From assembly GCA_013265495.1 (NCBI GenBank), contig MU057865.1, positions 434,001 to 498,000 on the forward strand: 64,000 bases of DNA. The letters are read 5' to 3'. How positions within the stretch are numbered: position 1 is the stretch's first letter; every line of letters starts with the position of its first letter. Below are positions 1-13,229 of the stretch, piece after piece. The position numbers were made by a program, and so were the translations under genes. Under the pieces are notes generated by a model. It was not told the origin of the DNA. It did no database searches and worked only from the letters and a program-made list of their open reading frames with translations. Source of the DNA: Vicugna vicugna (Eukaryota).

Positions 1-544
1 AAAATGATTCATGCATTGGTCACAAAGAAATGTCAATTGCTTTATGATAGCTTGGGAGGGGTCAGTGTAGGTGAGGTTCCTGCCGTGTCCTTTATTTCTC
101 TCTTACTAGACATGAGAAATGTGCATAAATCATAAACTCTCAGAGACCTTCCGTATTGTGCATCCCTCCACCTCTATTTCCCAGACCAGGAAACGGGCAT
201 CAGAAAGGAAATGCCTTTTCAAACTCACAGAGCGAGGTCGCTGTGGACTAGGGCAACAGTTGGCTTCTGATCTCCCTCTAACTTGTGTCACCTTCCCCTG
301 CACCCTCCTGGCTCGTGAAATAGAAAGGCAGTGGGCTTTCCATATTTTTCCTTTCTTCGGGATCTCCATCCCCCCAGCCTCTACCTAGCAGATTCTGCCT
401 CATCTCCTGCGTCTAAGGTAAAATATGACTCCTTCATGGAAAGAGTTCTCAGCTCCCCTCTTCGCTCCTGGCTGCCTGCCATATTCTTCAACAGCGCCCT
501 GCCTTTCTTCAGCACTTCATTATTCTTCCAATTTCCTGACCCCT

Positions 545-640
545 GTCTGTCCTCCATGTACAGCTGTGAGCTGCATGAGCACACAGTGCCTGACACATGG
601 TTTACACTCAGTGGATATGTGTTGGCCGGATGAATGAATA
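545..640 (+). mobile_element. L2 LINE 3' end relic
   Basis: cacagtgcctgacacatgg...gatgaatgaat matches the L2 3' terminus motif. Confidence 0.6.
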
Positions 641-1084
641 TGGGTGGAGCCCTTAGACAGGCCTGTGTGTTCCAGACACTTTCACAAGGACATGCTGCCT
701 ATGACACAAAAGCACATTGTTGTCATTCAATTTTTAATGTTTTTTTGCGTTTATTGTTGACAACTCTGCTTAACTAAAGAAAAAAGTAAAATTTAATGGA
801 AAGCTATTGCTAACTCATAGGCGAGCCTGGGAACCAGGCTTGGGTAAGGATGTGGGCTAGAGACAGCTCCAGAGGAACAGACATGGTAATGGCTGGAACA
901 GTCTCCAAGTGGGGAGAGCTGGCCCTGGGGCCACGGCTCTGATCAGTAAATTCCTACACTGAAAATCTCTGTCATCATGAACAGGTTTCACGGGTCAGGG
1001 AAGGTGCACCTAATTAGCACAGGTGAGTCTGCTCCGTGGCCCATTGGGGAAAATGTCCATTTCTCAAAAGAAGATCTGATTACA

Positions 1085-1177
1085 GGGGGAGGGTATGGCT
1101 CAGTGGTAGAGCGCATGCTTAGCACGCACGAGGTCCTGGGTTCAATCCCCAGTACTGCCATTAAAACAAAAAAAAAA
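1085..1177 (+). mobile_element. tRNA-Ala-derived camelid SINE (Vic-1-like), short form
   Basis: ggggagggtatggctcagtggtagagcgcatgcttagcacgcacgaggtcctgggttcaatccccag with A-box (tggctcagtgg), B-box (ggttcaatcc) and A-tail. Confidence 0.9.
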
Positions 1178-1574
1178 TTCTATGAGGGAGGAGGATTGAA
1201 CGGTGACTGACTGGGATGGAAAGGCAAAATAGGACACAGGTGCATTTAATACGTACATGGATGGATGGCTTCAGGTCTTTCTGTGTCTTTAGAGACTGGG
1301 TGCCATGGCCCCTGGCACTTTGGGCCCCTCCCACACAGGGTGTAGGTCTGCCAGGATGTCTCCTTCCCCACGAGGGTGTGAGGGTGTGAGCTCCTGACGC
1401 CTGATGGATCCTGGCAGATGGCTGGTACACGGTAAATGGTGCTGAGGGGATGAAAGTGTGGACGAAAGACGGGTGAGGTGGCGATGAGCGGAGAGCACTC
1501 AGAGACGAACCAGAGGCAGAGATGACCTGGGGTAAATGTGGAACGTTTAACTTCAGGAGGATATTCAGTCCTCA

Positions 1575-1740
1575 GACATTTCTCCTGACAACCTTGTAAA
1601 ACCAGCAGGACAGTTACAGTCCTTACGTTACTGACGAAGAAATCAGACAGTCAGATTAGATGATTTATTCTGAGGTCACAGAACTAATTGCAAAGCTGGG
1701 ATCAGAATATAGGTCACCTGTCTCTCATGCCAATGCTCAA
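1575..1740 (-). mobile_element. MIR SINE relic
   Basis: acaacct...gaagaaatc...aggtcacagaactaa...agctgggatcagaat resembles antisense MIR core. Confidence 0.6.
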
Positions 1741-1939
1741 TATAATGGTTGGGTGATTTTTTTTTCATTTTTTAATTCAAATATTTGGTGATGGATGACA
1801 AGTCAGAGATGAGTTTGCGGTTTTGTAAGAAAACCAAAGAAGGCTGAAGACATTTAAAAATAAGGAACAGGGCTGAAAGTGAAATGAATAGGAAACACCA
1901 TATTTATGTATGTAGAGGGTGTGAAAATGGGAGTGGAGG

Positions 1940-1942
<3 letters not shown>

Positions 1943-1974
<32 letters not shown>
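1943..1974. repeat. (GT)16 microsatellite
   Basis: Direct reading. Confidence 0.97.
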
Positions 1975-1976
<2 letters not shown>

Positions 1977-2924
1977 TTATGTATTTAAAGTGGAACATTT
2001 GGGTAGAGATACACTTGGAAATGGGTCTCCGAGAGCGAGAGTAAAGAAATAAGAACGTGGAGACATCTTCTAAAATTCCATCTCATTATTCCTATCTTTG
2101 AGCATTAAGGTTTTTTGGTTGTGGTTAAATTTTTATAGTTTAAGGAATTATTATTGAAATGGATGCTTTTACTGTTAATATTATATAATATATCCCCCAG
2201 CAACAGCAACAGCTACAGAAGACCAGGAACAGTTATTAAAAAGGAAGCTTCGTGTTCTTGCAGAAACAGTTTATGAAACAAGAGGACTCATTAAACACCC
2301 ACTCAAGATGTTTTAGGTTGAGTAGTCATGTGGTGCACAATTACTGCTGTGGGATGAAAAGCCCTTTACAGGATGTGTGTGGGATGCCCTGAATATGGAC
2401 ACAGTGAGCCCACAGCGCAGTTCGGGATCCCATGACCCTCCTGGATAAGGGACGATGTGGATCTTTGCACTAGAGATCCCTGTGGGTGGGTCACTTCACC
2501 CTTTTTTTGTTATTTAGACTTCGTCTGGTATTGAGGGATAATGATGCATACATAGAACCTTCTCAGCCCCGAGCTTTGGCAGGTGGAACAGAAGGCATCT
2601 AGTCCAGAAGTGTATTTTCCAGCCAGCTCAGTCTCATCAACCTGTTCTGGGTTACACCCGTCATCTCCAAGCATTATTTAAAAATTTGGATTCTTAGGGT
2701 ACCGGCAAAGATTAATCTATGATGGGGAAGGGCATCAGGTGTGCAGAGCAGTTGACACATTTGCTCTTTCCTAATTTCCACCTGGAATACCAACCTGAGC
2801 GTTCATTTTGATGAATTAACGTCTGTATGTAAGTGAGAAAGGGAAAGCGCTAGAAAGAAGTGAGGGCAATGCCTACTGTTACTCCTAATTCTCAAAAGAT
2901 TGGAGAAAAACAGTATGCAAGTTC

Positions 2925-3630
2925 AATAAATTAAAAGCAGAACTACCCTATGGTCCAGCAACTCCACAATCCCACTTCTGGGTATTTATTCTGGACCTTG
3001 GAGAGCCATCTTCACCCCAATGTTTACTGTGGCATTATTCACAATAGCCCAGATACCGAAACAACCCAAGTGTCCTTGGATGGATGGATGGATAAAGAAG
3101 ATGTGAAAAAAATACACACATAGTATTATATGTAGTATGTAATACACACACAGCCATTTCATTTGTGACAACACGGAGGAATCTGGAGGGCATTATGCTC
3201 AATGAAATAAGCCAGACACAGAAAGACAAATCCTACATGATCTCACGTACATGAAGAATCTAAAAAAAATCAGACTCATGGAATCAGGAAATAGAATAGT
3301 GGCCGCCAGGGCTGAGGGGTGGTGGAGATGTTGGCCAACAGATACCAAGTGTCAGTCACGTGGGAGGAATAAATTCTGGAGATCTAATGCACTGCACGGT
3401 CACTGTAGTTAATAACACTGTCTTGTTTACTTGAAATTTGTTAAGACAGTTCATCTTCAGCATTCTCACTACAAAAAAAATCGTAAGTGTGTGAGGTGAT
3501 GTGTTAACTAGTTTGAATGTGATGCTCATTTCACAATGTATACGTATATCAGAACATCACGTTGTACACCCTGACTGCACAAATACAGTTTTTGTTTGTC
3601 AGCTATACCTCAGTAAAGCTCAAAAAAAAA
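2925..3630 (+). mobile_element. Old L1 (L1MA-type) ORF2 end and 3' UTR
   Basis: agaactaccctatggtccagcaa..., gcattattcacaatagcc, atgctcaatgaaataagccagacacagaaagacaaa; ends gtcagctatacctcagtaaagct plus A-tail. Confidence 0.9.
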
Positions 3631-3976
3631 TTAGAGCAAGAGATTCTTAGGAAAGATATTCCTGGAAGCAAAAAGGTCAAGGAAAAGGCAAGAAGGAAAG
3701 AAAGTCACAGTGAAATGGGGACCTCGGCATGAGGGTGGACGTGACCTGTGGGCAGCAGCCCTTGATGGAAAAGGGACCCCTTAGAAACCTTCAGCCAGAA
3801 CAGAAAAATGAAATCATCACACTTCAGTCCTGCTGGATCCTTGAGAAAGACTAGGAGCTGGGGGAATGGGAGGGAGGAAGAGAGAAGGAGAGAGAGGAAG
3901 AGAAGAGGGTGTTAGGTTTCATTGTCAGCAACATTTTGATGATGAGAACCGTGGTTCTATTCAGAGACTCATCTTA

Positions 3977-4018
3977 CAAAAAAAAAAAAAAAAAAAAAGA
4001 AAAGAGAAGAAAAAGAAA
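3977..4018. repeat. Poly-A/A-rich tract
   Basis: Direct reading. Confidence 0.9.
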
Positions 4019-4519
4019 CACTCTCCCATCATTTGGCAGTTCAGAAATTTAGCAACTAGTGTAAAGAAGGGGAAGAAAATCAGCACTTAAAACTTGTGAG
4101 TTTTCCTTCTTCTCCCCTTCTTTGAGTCCCCCTCCCCCGAGTCTTTGAAGCAGAAGAGGAAAATCACAAATCCCCCCCAGTTCCTGCAGACTCTAAGTGT
4201 AAAGAGAAAAGGGTTCCTGAGACGTAGATTTTGCCTTTCTACAGAGAGCAGAAATTAGCATTCAGCCTCCTCATTACAAGTCCCATTTTGATCTTTTTTT
4301 AATTGCCAGTGAAAAAATAATGAAAAGCAATTCCAACTTAGCCACAAAAATCCTACAAATGATTTTAAAAAAAAAAAGAAAGCCAGGCTGACAGGTGCAC
4401 TGAAGGTGGCCATGTCTTTCCTCTCATACTGAGTCTAACCATAGCTGATAATGGTCTGGACTCGTCCTTTGAACTCCTCCTGGTGGCTTTCATCCAGAGA
4501 GTTCAAAGCCTTTACAAAC

Positions 4520-4640
4520 AATAAATAGTTAGGTCTCACAGAAGCCCTAAAGCAGGCACACGAGAATTACACTGTACCCATTTTACAGCTAAATAATGGA
4601 TCGCCAAGGGCCCAGAGCTGGTCTTGACCCGGAGTGCTTT
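4520..4640 (-). mobile_element. MIR relic
   Basis: cccattttacag...cagagctggtcttgaccc. Confidence 0.5.
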
Positions 4641-5554
4641 CTCTCACTTTGGGGGCCTCTCAAACTCCCGTTCGCTCCTGGGAGAAGCCGCCCTCCACAC
4701 CATCACCATCTTCCCTGCTCTGTGGGAATTATGTCTCTGATGTGCCCTGCACTTCACAGACTAGAATGGGGCTTCTAGGCCCTTTGGAAAGACAGTTAAT
4801 GAGCAAGTGTTTCTTCATTACCTCCTGTGTCTGCAGAAGGAATGGTGACCACAGACCCTTCCTTGGAGAAGCTGCAGGACATCGCTGAGACCCAGGGTAC
4901 AGCAGGGAACCAGGCCCTGCGTCTAAGACTTCATTGTGTGTCACTTGGGTTGTGAGGACACAGGAATTCAGCAGGAAGTTGGAGGAATCAGACAAGATTC
5001 ATGGAGAAGCTTGGGTTTGTGGAAGTTCTGAAGACCAGGTGAGCAGCAGATTTGGGAGAGGCATTCCAGGTCCAGGGCCAAGAAGATAATCTGGGGAGAG
5101 GGGGAGTTGACTTGTTAGGGGGCGATCACTGATAAATAAAATTAGTCCCTTGCACATATTAGCTCCTCAAGAAAATGGGGTGTGTGACCGACACATGGAG
5201 TAGCAGCTCCCGAGCTCAGCACAGCCCTCCTCACAGTGGTCAGGACCTCAATCTAGCATCCTGCAGAGGAGATTTTTGTCTGTCATGCAGACTGAACGTA
5301 ACCTTTTTCCTAATGAAATTCTTTATCCTCGCTTTATTTTAACTTGACTCTTAGGCTGGGAAAGGGCCCTCTATCAGAGTAAATATAAAGCAGCCTGGGC
5401 CAGGGTTCGTGTGGAAAGGAAGGTTCCCTGTTGGGGCTTTGTTCAGTGCTGGCTTCGAGGAGGAGAAGACACACGAGCTGAGCTGGGTTGTGGGCTGGTG
5501 GAGAGCAGGGCGTGGGTCCTGAGACGAATGGGATGAGGGCATACAAGCTGGCGT

Positions 5555-5770
5555 TAGGAGGTGGTTATATGTAGGAATACGCAGTACTTGGCAGTTTTCA
5601 GAAACTTTTTCTATCTGCATTATTTCAGTCAAAGCTTCAGACATGACAGATTTTATTACCCCATTTTACAGATGAGAAATGTGAGAAGTAAAGTTTCGTC
5701 TGTCCCTATGGCTAATAATGTAACTATCCAGCAGCAGTTTAGGTGGAGAACCTGAGGATCCTTTGGCTAG
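5555..5770 (-). mobile_element. MIR relic
   Basis: ttattaccccattttacagatgagaaatgtgag core. Confidence 0.65.
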
Positions 5771-7169
5771 TGAGCTATGAGGGGCAGTGGAACAACCCTG
5801 GACCAGTCAGGCATCAGCAGCCGGTGTTTCCCAGTGTTTCCCGGAGGAACAGCCAAGGATCCAGGAGGCAAAACTGGTCCAGGCTCTGTCTGGGGGGCCC
5901 TCTGGCTGAGCTCATGTCTTATCACCATTTCCCTGCTAGACAGGGAACTCAGCACAGGGCCACGCACACAGTAGGTTGTCCATAAATATTTGTTGACGCC
6001 GTGGACTCAGCACAAAATGCTCACAGCAGGCCCGCCACACCTAATCACCTTGGAAAGGCCTGGGAAGAGACTGAAAGCAAAAATCTCATCAATGACAGAA
6101 TCAGCCGCTTTTCCTTCTCTGCCCAGGGAGACTTGGGTTTCTCAGTTGCATTTCCAGTATTTTAAGATGGGAATAATTTTCACAGTGGCAGGTACAGCTG
6201 GCGGGATGCTGTTTTAATATGGAGGAAAATGCTAGAATAGAATTTAAGAATATTAAGAAGGGATTTGGTTTCTGACAGAAATATTAGCTGTAAAGGCTGG
6301 TATGAAGATTTTAGAGAAATTTAATTAAAATTTAATCTTCTTTCTAATTAAAGTTTCCTTTAATTAAACTTAAAATTAAATTTTCTTTAATTGGAGGAAT
6401 TTAAAGGGTATTACCTTTTGAGTGTCAATCATTTGGAAAGAAAAAAAAAGTGTGTTTCTTTGTCTAGCTTAAAATGAGGCTTGGTGTCAAATTTCCAGAA
6501 AGTAATAAAAAAAAATGTTGTGCTTAAATACAAATCAACACTCCTTGGTGTCTGACTCCCATTTGCCTGGTTCAGAAACACTGACTTGAATTGTGGTTTT
6601 CCTCTGTGCGGGAGACCTCTGGAGACGGTCGGGTGTAGACCATCAAGGGCCTTCCCATCTGAGGTCTGCATTTCTTTCTCCACTTCTCAGGGCCCCCCCG
6701 GGAGCCGTCTCCCTTCTGGCTGGACCGCGCTAAGCCTCCCACTTGCCTGTGCCGGAGAACCTTGCTCAGTTGATCAATCTGGGGAAGCGTGTGCCTCTGG
6801 TCTCTCCCAGTGGCCCTGAGCCCCCTCATGCTCGTCCCTTCCTCAAAGCCTTTTCCATGCGATACATTAGAGTCTTTCAAGTCACAGGCGTCATCACCTC
6901 AAAAGCTGAGGCTGAAAGTGTGTTAATTTCTTCCCCCGGGGATGGCTCCCTCTTAGGACGTCACCATTTCCCATGGCAGCATCTCAAATGGCGGTGCTTC
7001 ATTCTCCCTGGACGTCCTCCTCCGTCATGAGATCCTTCACGGTCGCCAACACAGCCATGCCTTATCTCGTCTGTAGACAGATGAGGGCGACAGCTGCTAG
7101 CAGGTTCTGTCTGCCCCCCATCCTCCCTCTGATCTATCTTGCTTACTGTTGCCAACTCATTGGTCTAAA

Positions 7170-7600
7170 AGTACTGCTCCTTGTCTCTCGAGTAAACTCC
7201 AGACTGCCAGCCCTGGCATTCAAGGCCTCCGTGAGTGCTCACCTCATCTTTTCCACGTGGACTTGACTCTGCCAACCACACTTAGTCTGCTTCTGCCATG
7301 TTGGTTACACCCTGCTCCCCAAACACACCCTGAGATTTTTGCCTTTTGTGTCTTTTCTGTACCATTCTCCCAGCCTAGAATGCTTCTCTTTCTTCAAGAT
7401 CCTGATGGAATTCCAAGTCATCCGCAAATCAGCCCCTTATCAGTCTGGCTTGGCACGATGGCTCATTCCTCTGCAGCCCTGCCGTGTTTACTCTGCCCAC
7501 TGAAATGTACATCCTCGGGCCACGTGTATTCTGTATTTAGACAGTTTCTGAAGCTTGGAATGTGTTACCTTCCCACTGGATCGCCAGAGCCAGCGGTGAC
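7170..7600 (+). mobile_element. L2 LINE relic
   Basis: aaactccagact...ctggcattcaaggcctcc...cctagaatgcttctc typical of the L2 3' region. Confidence 0.55.
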
Positions 7601-9013
7601 ACTTGTCAGGAAGTGTTATCAGTCATGTTTCACATCTGACCTTCATATCATGAGGCTTGGAAAGGATCTGGCTTCCTCCAGGTCCCATGGCTGGTGAGTG
7701 ACAGTGTGAGGACTGGAATCCAGGTTCTCTCCAGTCTTGCTCCTGCAGGCTTCCTTTCCCTTTCTCTCCATCTGTAGGGGTTCCTGCAGAAGTTTGCTTT
7801 TTGGCTGTTCTGTTCAAAATATTTTAAATACTTCAGAAGAGAGAAGGACAAAGGCCTTGTAAGAACTCAGACTTGGAAACTGCCGGGACTTGCTGAGTAA
7901 GTTATAAAGATCCTCTTTCGCTGTTGTGACACAAAGATCCTCAGAGGAGGATAAAAGACCCACTGCCCTCTGACTTGTCATCCCTAATGTGCAGACGCAC
8001 TCCCCAAGGCATCTCTCTGTCAGGTTTCCAACTTCCTCCTCTCTCCCTCGCTTCTCCTTTCTTCCTTCCTTCTTTTGAAAAAGAGCTAAAGCCACTGCAG
8101 GAAAAGACACAGAATGCTGCAGGAAGAGGTGGTAGAAGCAGTCCGTGCGGTGGACGAGACTTTTAGGACATAAAGTTAGAGCTCAGAGCTGGCGCATGCA
8201 TTTTCCTTTGGATGCTTTGAGCCAACAGAGTTCTTGGTGTCGCTGTGAAGGCTGAGCAGGGAGGCCAGAGCACGGATGGTGGGGTGGAGGTGCCACTGAG
8301 GTCCAGGTAGGTGTATTGCTCAAGGAGCTGGGGGGTCCTTGGAGCATGTTACTCTAACTTTGGCGGGGGGAATCCTTAAAATGTGAAGGGGCTACTGTGT
8401 TCACATCTCCCTTCAATGGAAAGTGCCCTCATGCAGCTTGTGTGTAGAAGCTGGAGCTTCACTCTGAACGTTGGGAACAACAAAACCAGCTGTCCTGCCA
8501 CTGCCTAGACCAAGGGATGGTCTCAGCCAAGGGCGACCGTGGACAGGCTGGCCCTGTGGGGACTAGCCACCGTGCTCCGTGGAATACGGATGCTCCATAT
8601 GAGATGCCAGGGAACCGACCCAACCAGAGCCTCTCTCGGGGGAACGAATGCCGCAGGCACGTTAAGCTGGTGGCCCTCTGAAGTCATGATGAGTCCTAGA
8701 GCAGATGAACTGCTTTCCTTGAAGGTTGGAAGTTCCGGGACCTGAAACGGCCATACTGCCCCTCGGCCAGTTGCCTTGCTGTCCTGTCCCCTTTTGTGGC
8801 CATATAATAAATGATCATTACAGAAGGCATCTGAGGATCTCTTTTTCTTCGCAATCTTAGAAGCCAAGGCTCCTGATTACGTCACTTCACGTCTCAATAT
8901 CTTTCAGAGTTCTGGATCCACTACCTTTAAAATTATGAACGATCAAGCCTGTTTTTGATGACTGCCTGTCACTTACTCACCCTTTTAAACACCCCTCGAC
9001 GACTTTTCTACAT

Positions 9014-9331
9014 CAAGGGTCAGTGAGCTTTTTTTTTTTTTTTTTTTTTTTAAAGGCAGTAAACATTTTAGGGTTCGCGAGTCCCACAGTCTATGCTGTA
9101 ACTACTCAATTTTCAGCTAGTGGCTACAGACAACGCAGAATGAATGAGCATGGCTATGTTCCCATTGAAGTTTATTAACAGACACTGAAACTCCATGTGA
9201 GTTCATACATTTCATGTAATTTTCACCTGTCATGAAATATTCTTTAATTTTTTTCAACCGCTTAAAAAGTAACAACCATTATACAGAGACCAGCTCCACG
9301 AGAACACGTGGTCCTAAACTGACCAGCCCCG
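9014..9331 (+). mobile_element. MER58B-like hAT-Charlie MITE with expanded internal poly-T
   Basis: caagggtcagtgagc(T)n aaaggcagtaaacattttagg...aatgagcatggctatgttcc...tttcatgtaattttcac...ttcaaccgcttaaaaa. Confidence 0.75.
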
Positions 9332-9564
9332 TCTCCCCGTGGACAGAGTGCCCATGTCTCACTGGGTCCTTCTGTCCCCCGGGGACACCTCTGGTTTCCT
9401 CACTTCCACATCTTCGTTGTTAGCCTCTCAAACTGAAAAAAATCTTATCCTTGGTTCAGATTTGTCAAAATTCTACCTAATATTCAAAAAATCTCCCTCA
9501 AACAGTGAATTGAGATGAAATCCCAGATTTCCTGCTCTCAAGCCACACCAGGAAGAGGAAGTGG

Positions 9565-9790
9565 TGATGACCTTGAAATCCGACTGCGTGGCGCCTGAAT
9601 TCTCGCCTGACTGCTTAGCTAACTCTGTCATCTTGGGCCACCTCACCTTATTAAGCTTCATCTGAGAAGTGAAGATAATAACGATTCTCAATTCACAGTT
9701 CACAGGGCTATTGTAAGAATAAAATACTGTAAGCAGATAAAGAGCTTAGCACGGTACCTGACGAGGAAGAAGTCATCTGGCCATATTAGC
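9565..9790 (+). mobile_element. MIR relic
   Basis: tcatctgagaagtgaagataata...cagggctattgtaagaataaaa...gcttagcacggtacctg. Confidence 0.65.
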
Positions 9791-10944
9791 AGTTGTCAGC
9801 TCTGTGTCCTGGGTCCGCTGCTAAATGAATGGTGCACTAGCCTTGTGCAGTTTACACAGGAAACAATTTTGCAGGGAGGACAAACACAATGCAATTCCTT
9901 TGTTTTAGCAAAGGTCTTCATTCTTACGGGTACATTCTAATCTCTTCCACTTGGCTTGGAAATAACTTAAAAAGAACGAATATATTTTTCCCTCCCTTGT
10001 CTCTGCTTACCCCCAGAAGGAAATGTAATTTTCTATTTGCTGTTTTTTCTTAAAGTTTTTTTTCCCTATATATACGGTGATAGAATTAATGTAGTTTCTT
10101 CCTTTAACAAAAATTTATTCTGTTAGAATCTTATTCTACCACCATATCTTGGTTTAGATACCGGAGCCATCAATTTATATCAGCCCAGTTCTAGGAATAA
10201 TGTTGGTTTATTAATTCTTTTTGTAAGGTATGGAAACAGGGCCGAGAAACTCTGCAGAGAGAATTTATTTTCTTTCATTTTCCTTTTGATAGAGTGTAAA
10301 GAACATCAGGTAATTAGGAGCAGGAGGGTAAGAGAGATATATTTTTAATTTCGACTCATTTTAAACCCTGTCAGGTACAAGGCGGAAACCAGTTTCAACT
10401 TTTTGAATTCAAGTGGTAGTTTTTCATAGTCGAAGATATTTGCTTTCTTTGGTTACTTCATCTATCATGCCGCTCATTCAGAGCCTTTAATGAACACTTA
10501 GAGATCACCTGAGCTAGGTAGTCTAGGGGAAAGAAGATAAATGAGGGACAGTCATAATTAACTCGAGCAGCTTCCAGGCCACGAGAGCGCAAAGCCGCAT
10601 AAACAACGAACTGCTTCATCAGGCCGAGTGAGGTGCCCTGGGCTAGGCTCACAGCCACGCCGCCACTGTGGGGGGACCCAGCAGTGACGGTGCCACAGGG
10701 AGGGCTCAACAGTGGTGAGGAGGGTCTGAGCAGAGACAGAAGGGAACTGATGGAACAGCCTGAGTGCCAGGATGTCTGGCAAGTTCAGGAAAAAAAAAAA
10801 ACAAAACAATGTTTTGTGTGACTAGAGGGATATAAGGAGGGCTGGGGCTGAGAAATCTACACCCACCGTTGTAAAGCTCATTGCATCCTTGCAAAGACCG
10901 AGCTGTCTTTGAAGAAGGTGAATAAACCCCAATTAAAGATAATA

Positions 10945-11030
10945 ATTAGTTCATTTGTGTTATGTTTTGGATTCCACACAGAAGTGAGAACCACGTGGTG
11001 TTTGTTTTCCTCTTTTAGACTGACTTCACC
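10945..11030 (-). mobile_element. Short antisense L1 fragment (ORF2 end), possible 5' inversion
   Basis: Reverse complement reads gtgaagtcagtc...ctcacttctgtgtggaatccaaaacataacacaaatgaact. Confidence 0.75.
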
Positions 11031-11305
11031 AAATCTAAACATGGCACAAACGGACTTATTTACCAAAAACACAGAAACAGACTCACAGACGTAGAAAACA
11101 AACTTATGGTTGCCAAAGGGGAAAGAAGGCGGGGAAGGGGTAAGTTAGGAGTTTGGGTTTAGCAGGTACAAACTACTGTATATAAAATAGATAAACAACA
11201 AGGTCTTACCGTACAGTGCAGGGAACTGTATTCAATATCCTGTAATAAATCATAATGAAAAAGAATTTGAGAAAGAATATATATATGTGTGTGTGTGTGT
11301 GTGTG
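11031..11305 (+). mobile_element. Artiodactyl-type L1 3' UTR ending in (TA)(TG)n
   Basis: acagaaacagactcacagacgtagaaaacaaacttatggttgccaaagggg...gggaactgtattcaatatcctgtaata. Confidence 0.9.
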
Positions 11306-11309
11306 TAAA

Positions 11310-11505
11310 CTTTTTTTGAAGTTTATAGTTAGTTACAGTGTGTCAGTTTCTGGTGTACAGCACGATGCTTCAGTCATACATACACATACATATATTCCTT
11401 TTCATATTCTTTTCATTATAGGTTACTACAACATATTGAATATAGTTCCCTGTGCTATCTAGGAGTTTGTTTTTACATTTATTTTATATATAGTAGTTGA
11501 TATTA
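11310..11505 (-). mobile_element. L1 3' end (camelid/artiodactyl type)
   Basis: Poly-T then gtcagtttctggtgtacagc...attgaatatagttccctgtgcta. Confidence 0.9.
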
Positions 11506-12529
11506 GCAATTCTCTTCCTCTACAAGTGTTGCGTATGCTTACTTCCCCTCAGTCCCATTTCATTGTTCTCTCGGGTGGCGTGGAACTATTTTTTCACCTC
11601 TTTGGGGATTTTAATATTTGCCCACAGTTCGCTCTCCGGCACTACCACCACCCCATCTCAATAGCCTGGCTTGAATAAATGGCCCCAGTTTAAACGCTAA
11701 GTCATCAGGTTATTTTTAAAGATTGTGTGTTGGGAGAATTGAGGAGGGAGCCAGAAGGGGCTGCTGATCAAGAGGCGCAGACTGCAAGCCTGTGGAGGTG
11801 AACGGCTGTGTGTCTGCTGAACTACCTGCCATGGCGCTGGGCTGGCGAGGGGGATGCAGAAGTGGCAGGAGCCAACAAGAGACCAATTAAAGTCTGACCT
11901 CTTCCTCGGCGCAGGTCCTGGCTGCGGGGATCTGGGCCAGGCGGGTGGCCTCTGACCACCTCTCAACCTTGGCAACGGGTTTAGAAGCTTCTATTCTGAT
12001 GAAGTTGGGGGCGGTGGAGGAATGTACTGGAAAGAGACCGTGGCTGGCGAATGGTTTTCGATACCATGGCCTCCCCCGGCCTTGGAAGCAGAGTGTGAAG
12101 ATGACACAGCCCTTCAGGGGAAGAGGCGAGCAGAAGGTACTGGAAGGAAAAAATGCAATGGAGCAAACAGGGCATTGCCAATTTATTTTAGAGAACAAGA
12201 AGGAAGAATTTTCAAGGATGGAGGGTGAGATGCAAAAAGGGAAACAAATATACACCTTGCAAGCACACCACACACACGCACACAGACACACATGGCCCGT
12301 ATTCAGGGGTTTTCTGAGGCTCCCTGTTGCAGGATTTACAGGCTCTTGTCTGCAGGCTCTTTGTCACCCAGAGTGTATCAAACAGGCAGCTGTGAGAAGG
12401 CACTTTTCTGGGATGACAGTGTTAATGATTAAGGGCCTTCTTGTTGAGTTTAGCTTTCCTGACACACTGGTGTTACCATAATTAAATGCACAAACCTCCC
12501 TCCTGCCCTTCAAATTATCATTACATGAG

Positions 12530-12530
<1 letters not shown>

Positions 12531-12562
<32 letters not shown>
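12531..12562. repeat. (TTA)10 microsatellite
   Basis: Direct reading. Confidence 0.97.
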
Positions 12563-13229
12563 TCTGTTTCGTTCTGTTGCTCCTGCCACCTCTCCCTTTG
12601 AACTCCTTCCTCCAAGAAAAATTTCTGCAGAATTCAGGAGTTTTTATTTTTATTTTCCCTAAAAGACTACCATGTCTCCCTGCTTGAATAGAAGCTGGAT
12701 TGTTGAGTGTCTCCAACTCCACTGTGCTAGCGACTTCTCAGGCTGGCCAGGGCACCAGCATCAAAGATGAGTAACTAACAGACTCCCTGAAATCGCACGC
12801 CTTGGCTCTGAGAGCTTCAGCCCCGTCATGACTTAGGGCTGCACGCTGACTCCCGTAAGTAGGCAGGTTACAGCATGAATTAGTGTGATGACTGAGGCTG
12901 TAATTTTAAAACAAGGACCTCACCTTCTAGTTACTACACTCTTCAGACTTACTTCCAAATATTTTCCCACATGCAGTTTTTGATGGAATAAAGATGGTTT
13001 CTATGAAGTCCAGGCATTCTGGACTCCTGGCCTTTGCTGGGTATGGCTCTCTGCTTTCCCTAAGCATATTCCAATTCTACCCTCTCTCAAGTCCCAAATC
13101 AAGGTCCACCTCTTCCAGGAAGCCATCTATGACTGTGCCCTTTTTTATTCTAGATTCCCTTCTATCTCCACATTTATTATCAATCTATCATCTATATATT
13201 TACTTATTCAAATAGACTATTATTTTTTT

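Noticed and set aside
1085..1160. tRNA-Ala(AGC) gene
   Set aside because: The acceptor stem does not pair properly, an A-tail follows, and a second copy with a SINE tail exists at 28.4 kb, so it is a SINE.
7149..7697. 182-aa ORF
   Set aside because: Non-ATG start, overlaps an L2 relic, no recognisable domain.
11945..12481. 178-aa ORF
   Set aside because: Non-ATG start, runs through a CA repeat, no recognisable homology or exon structure.
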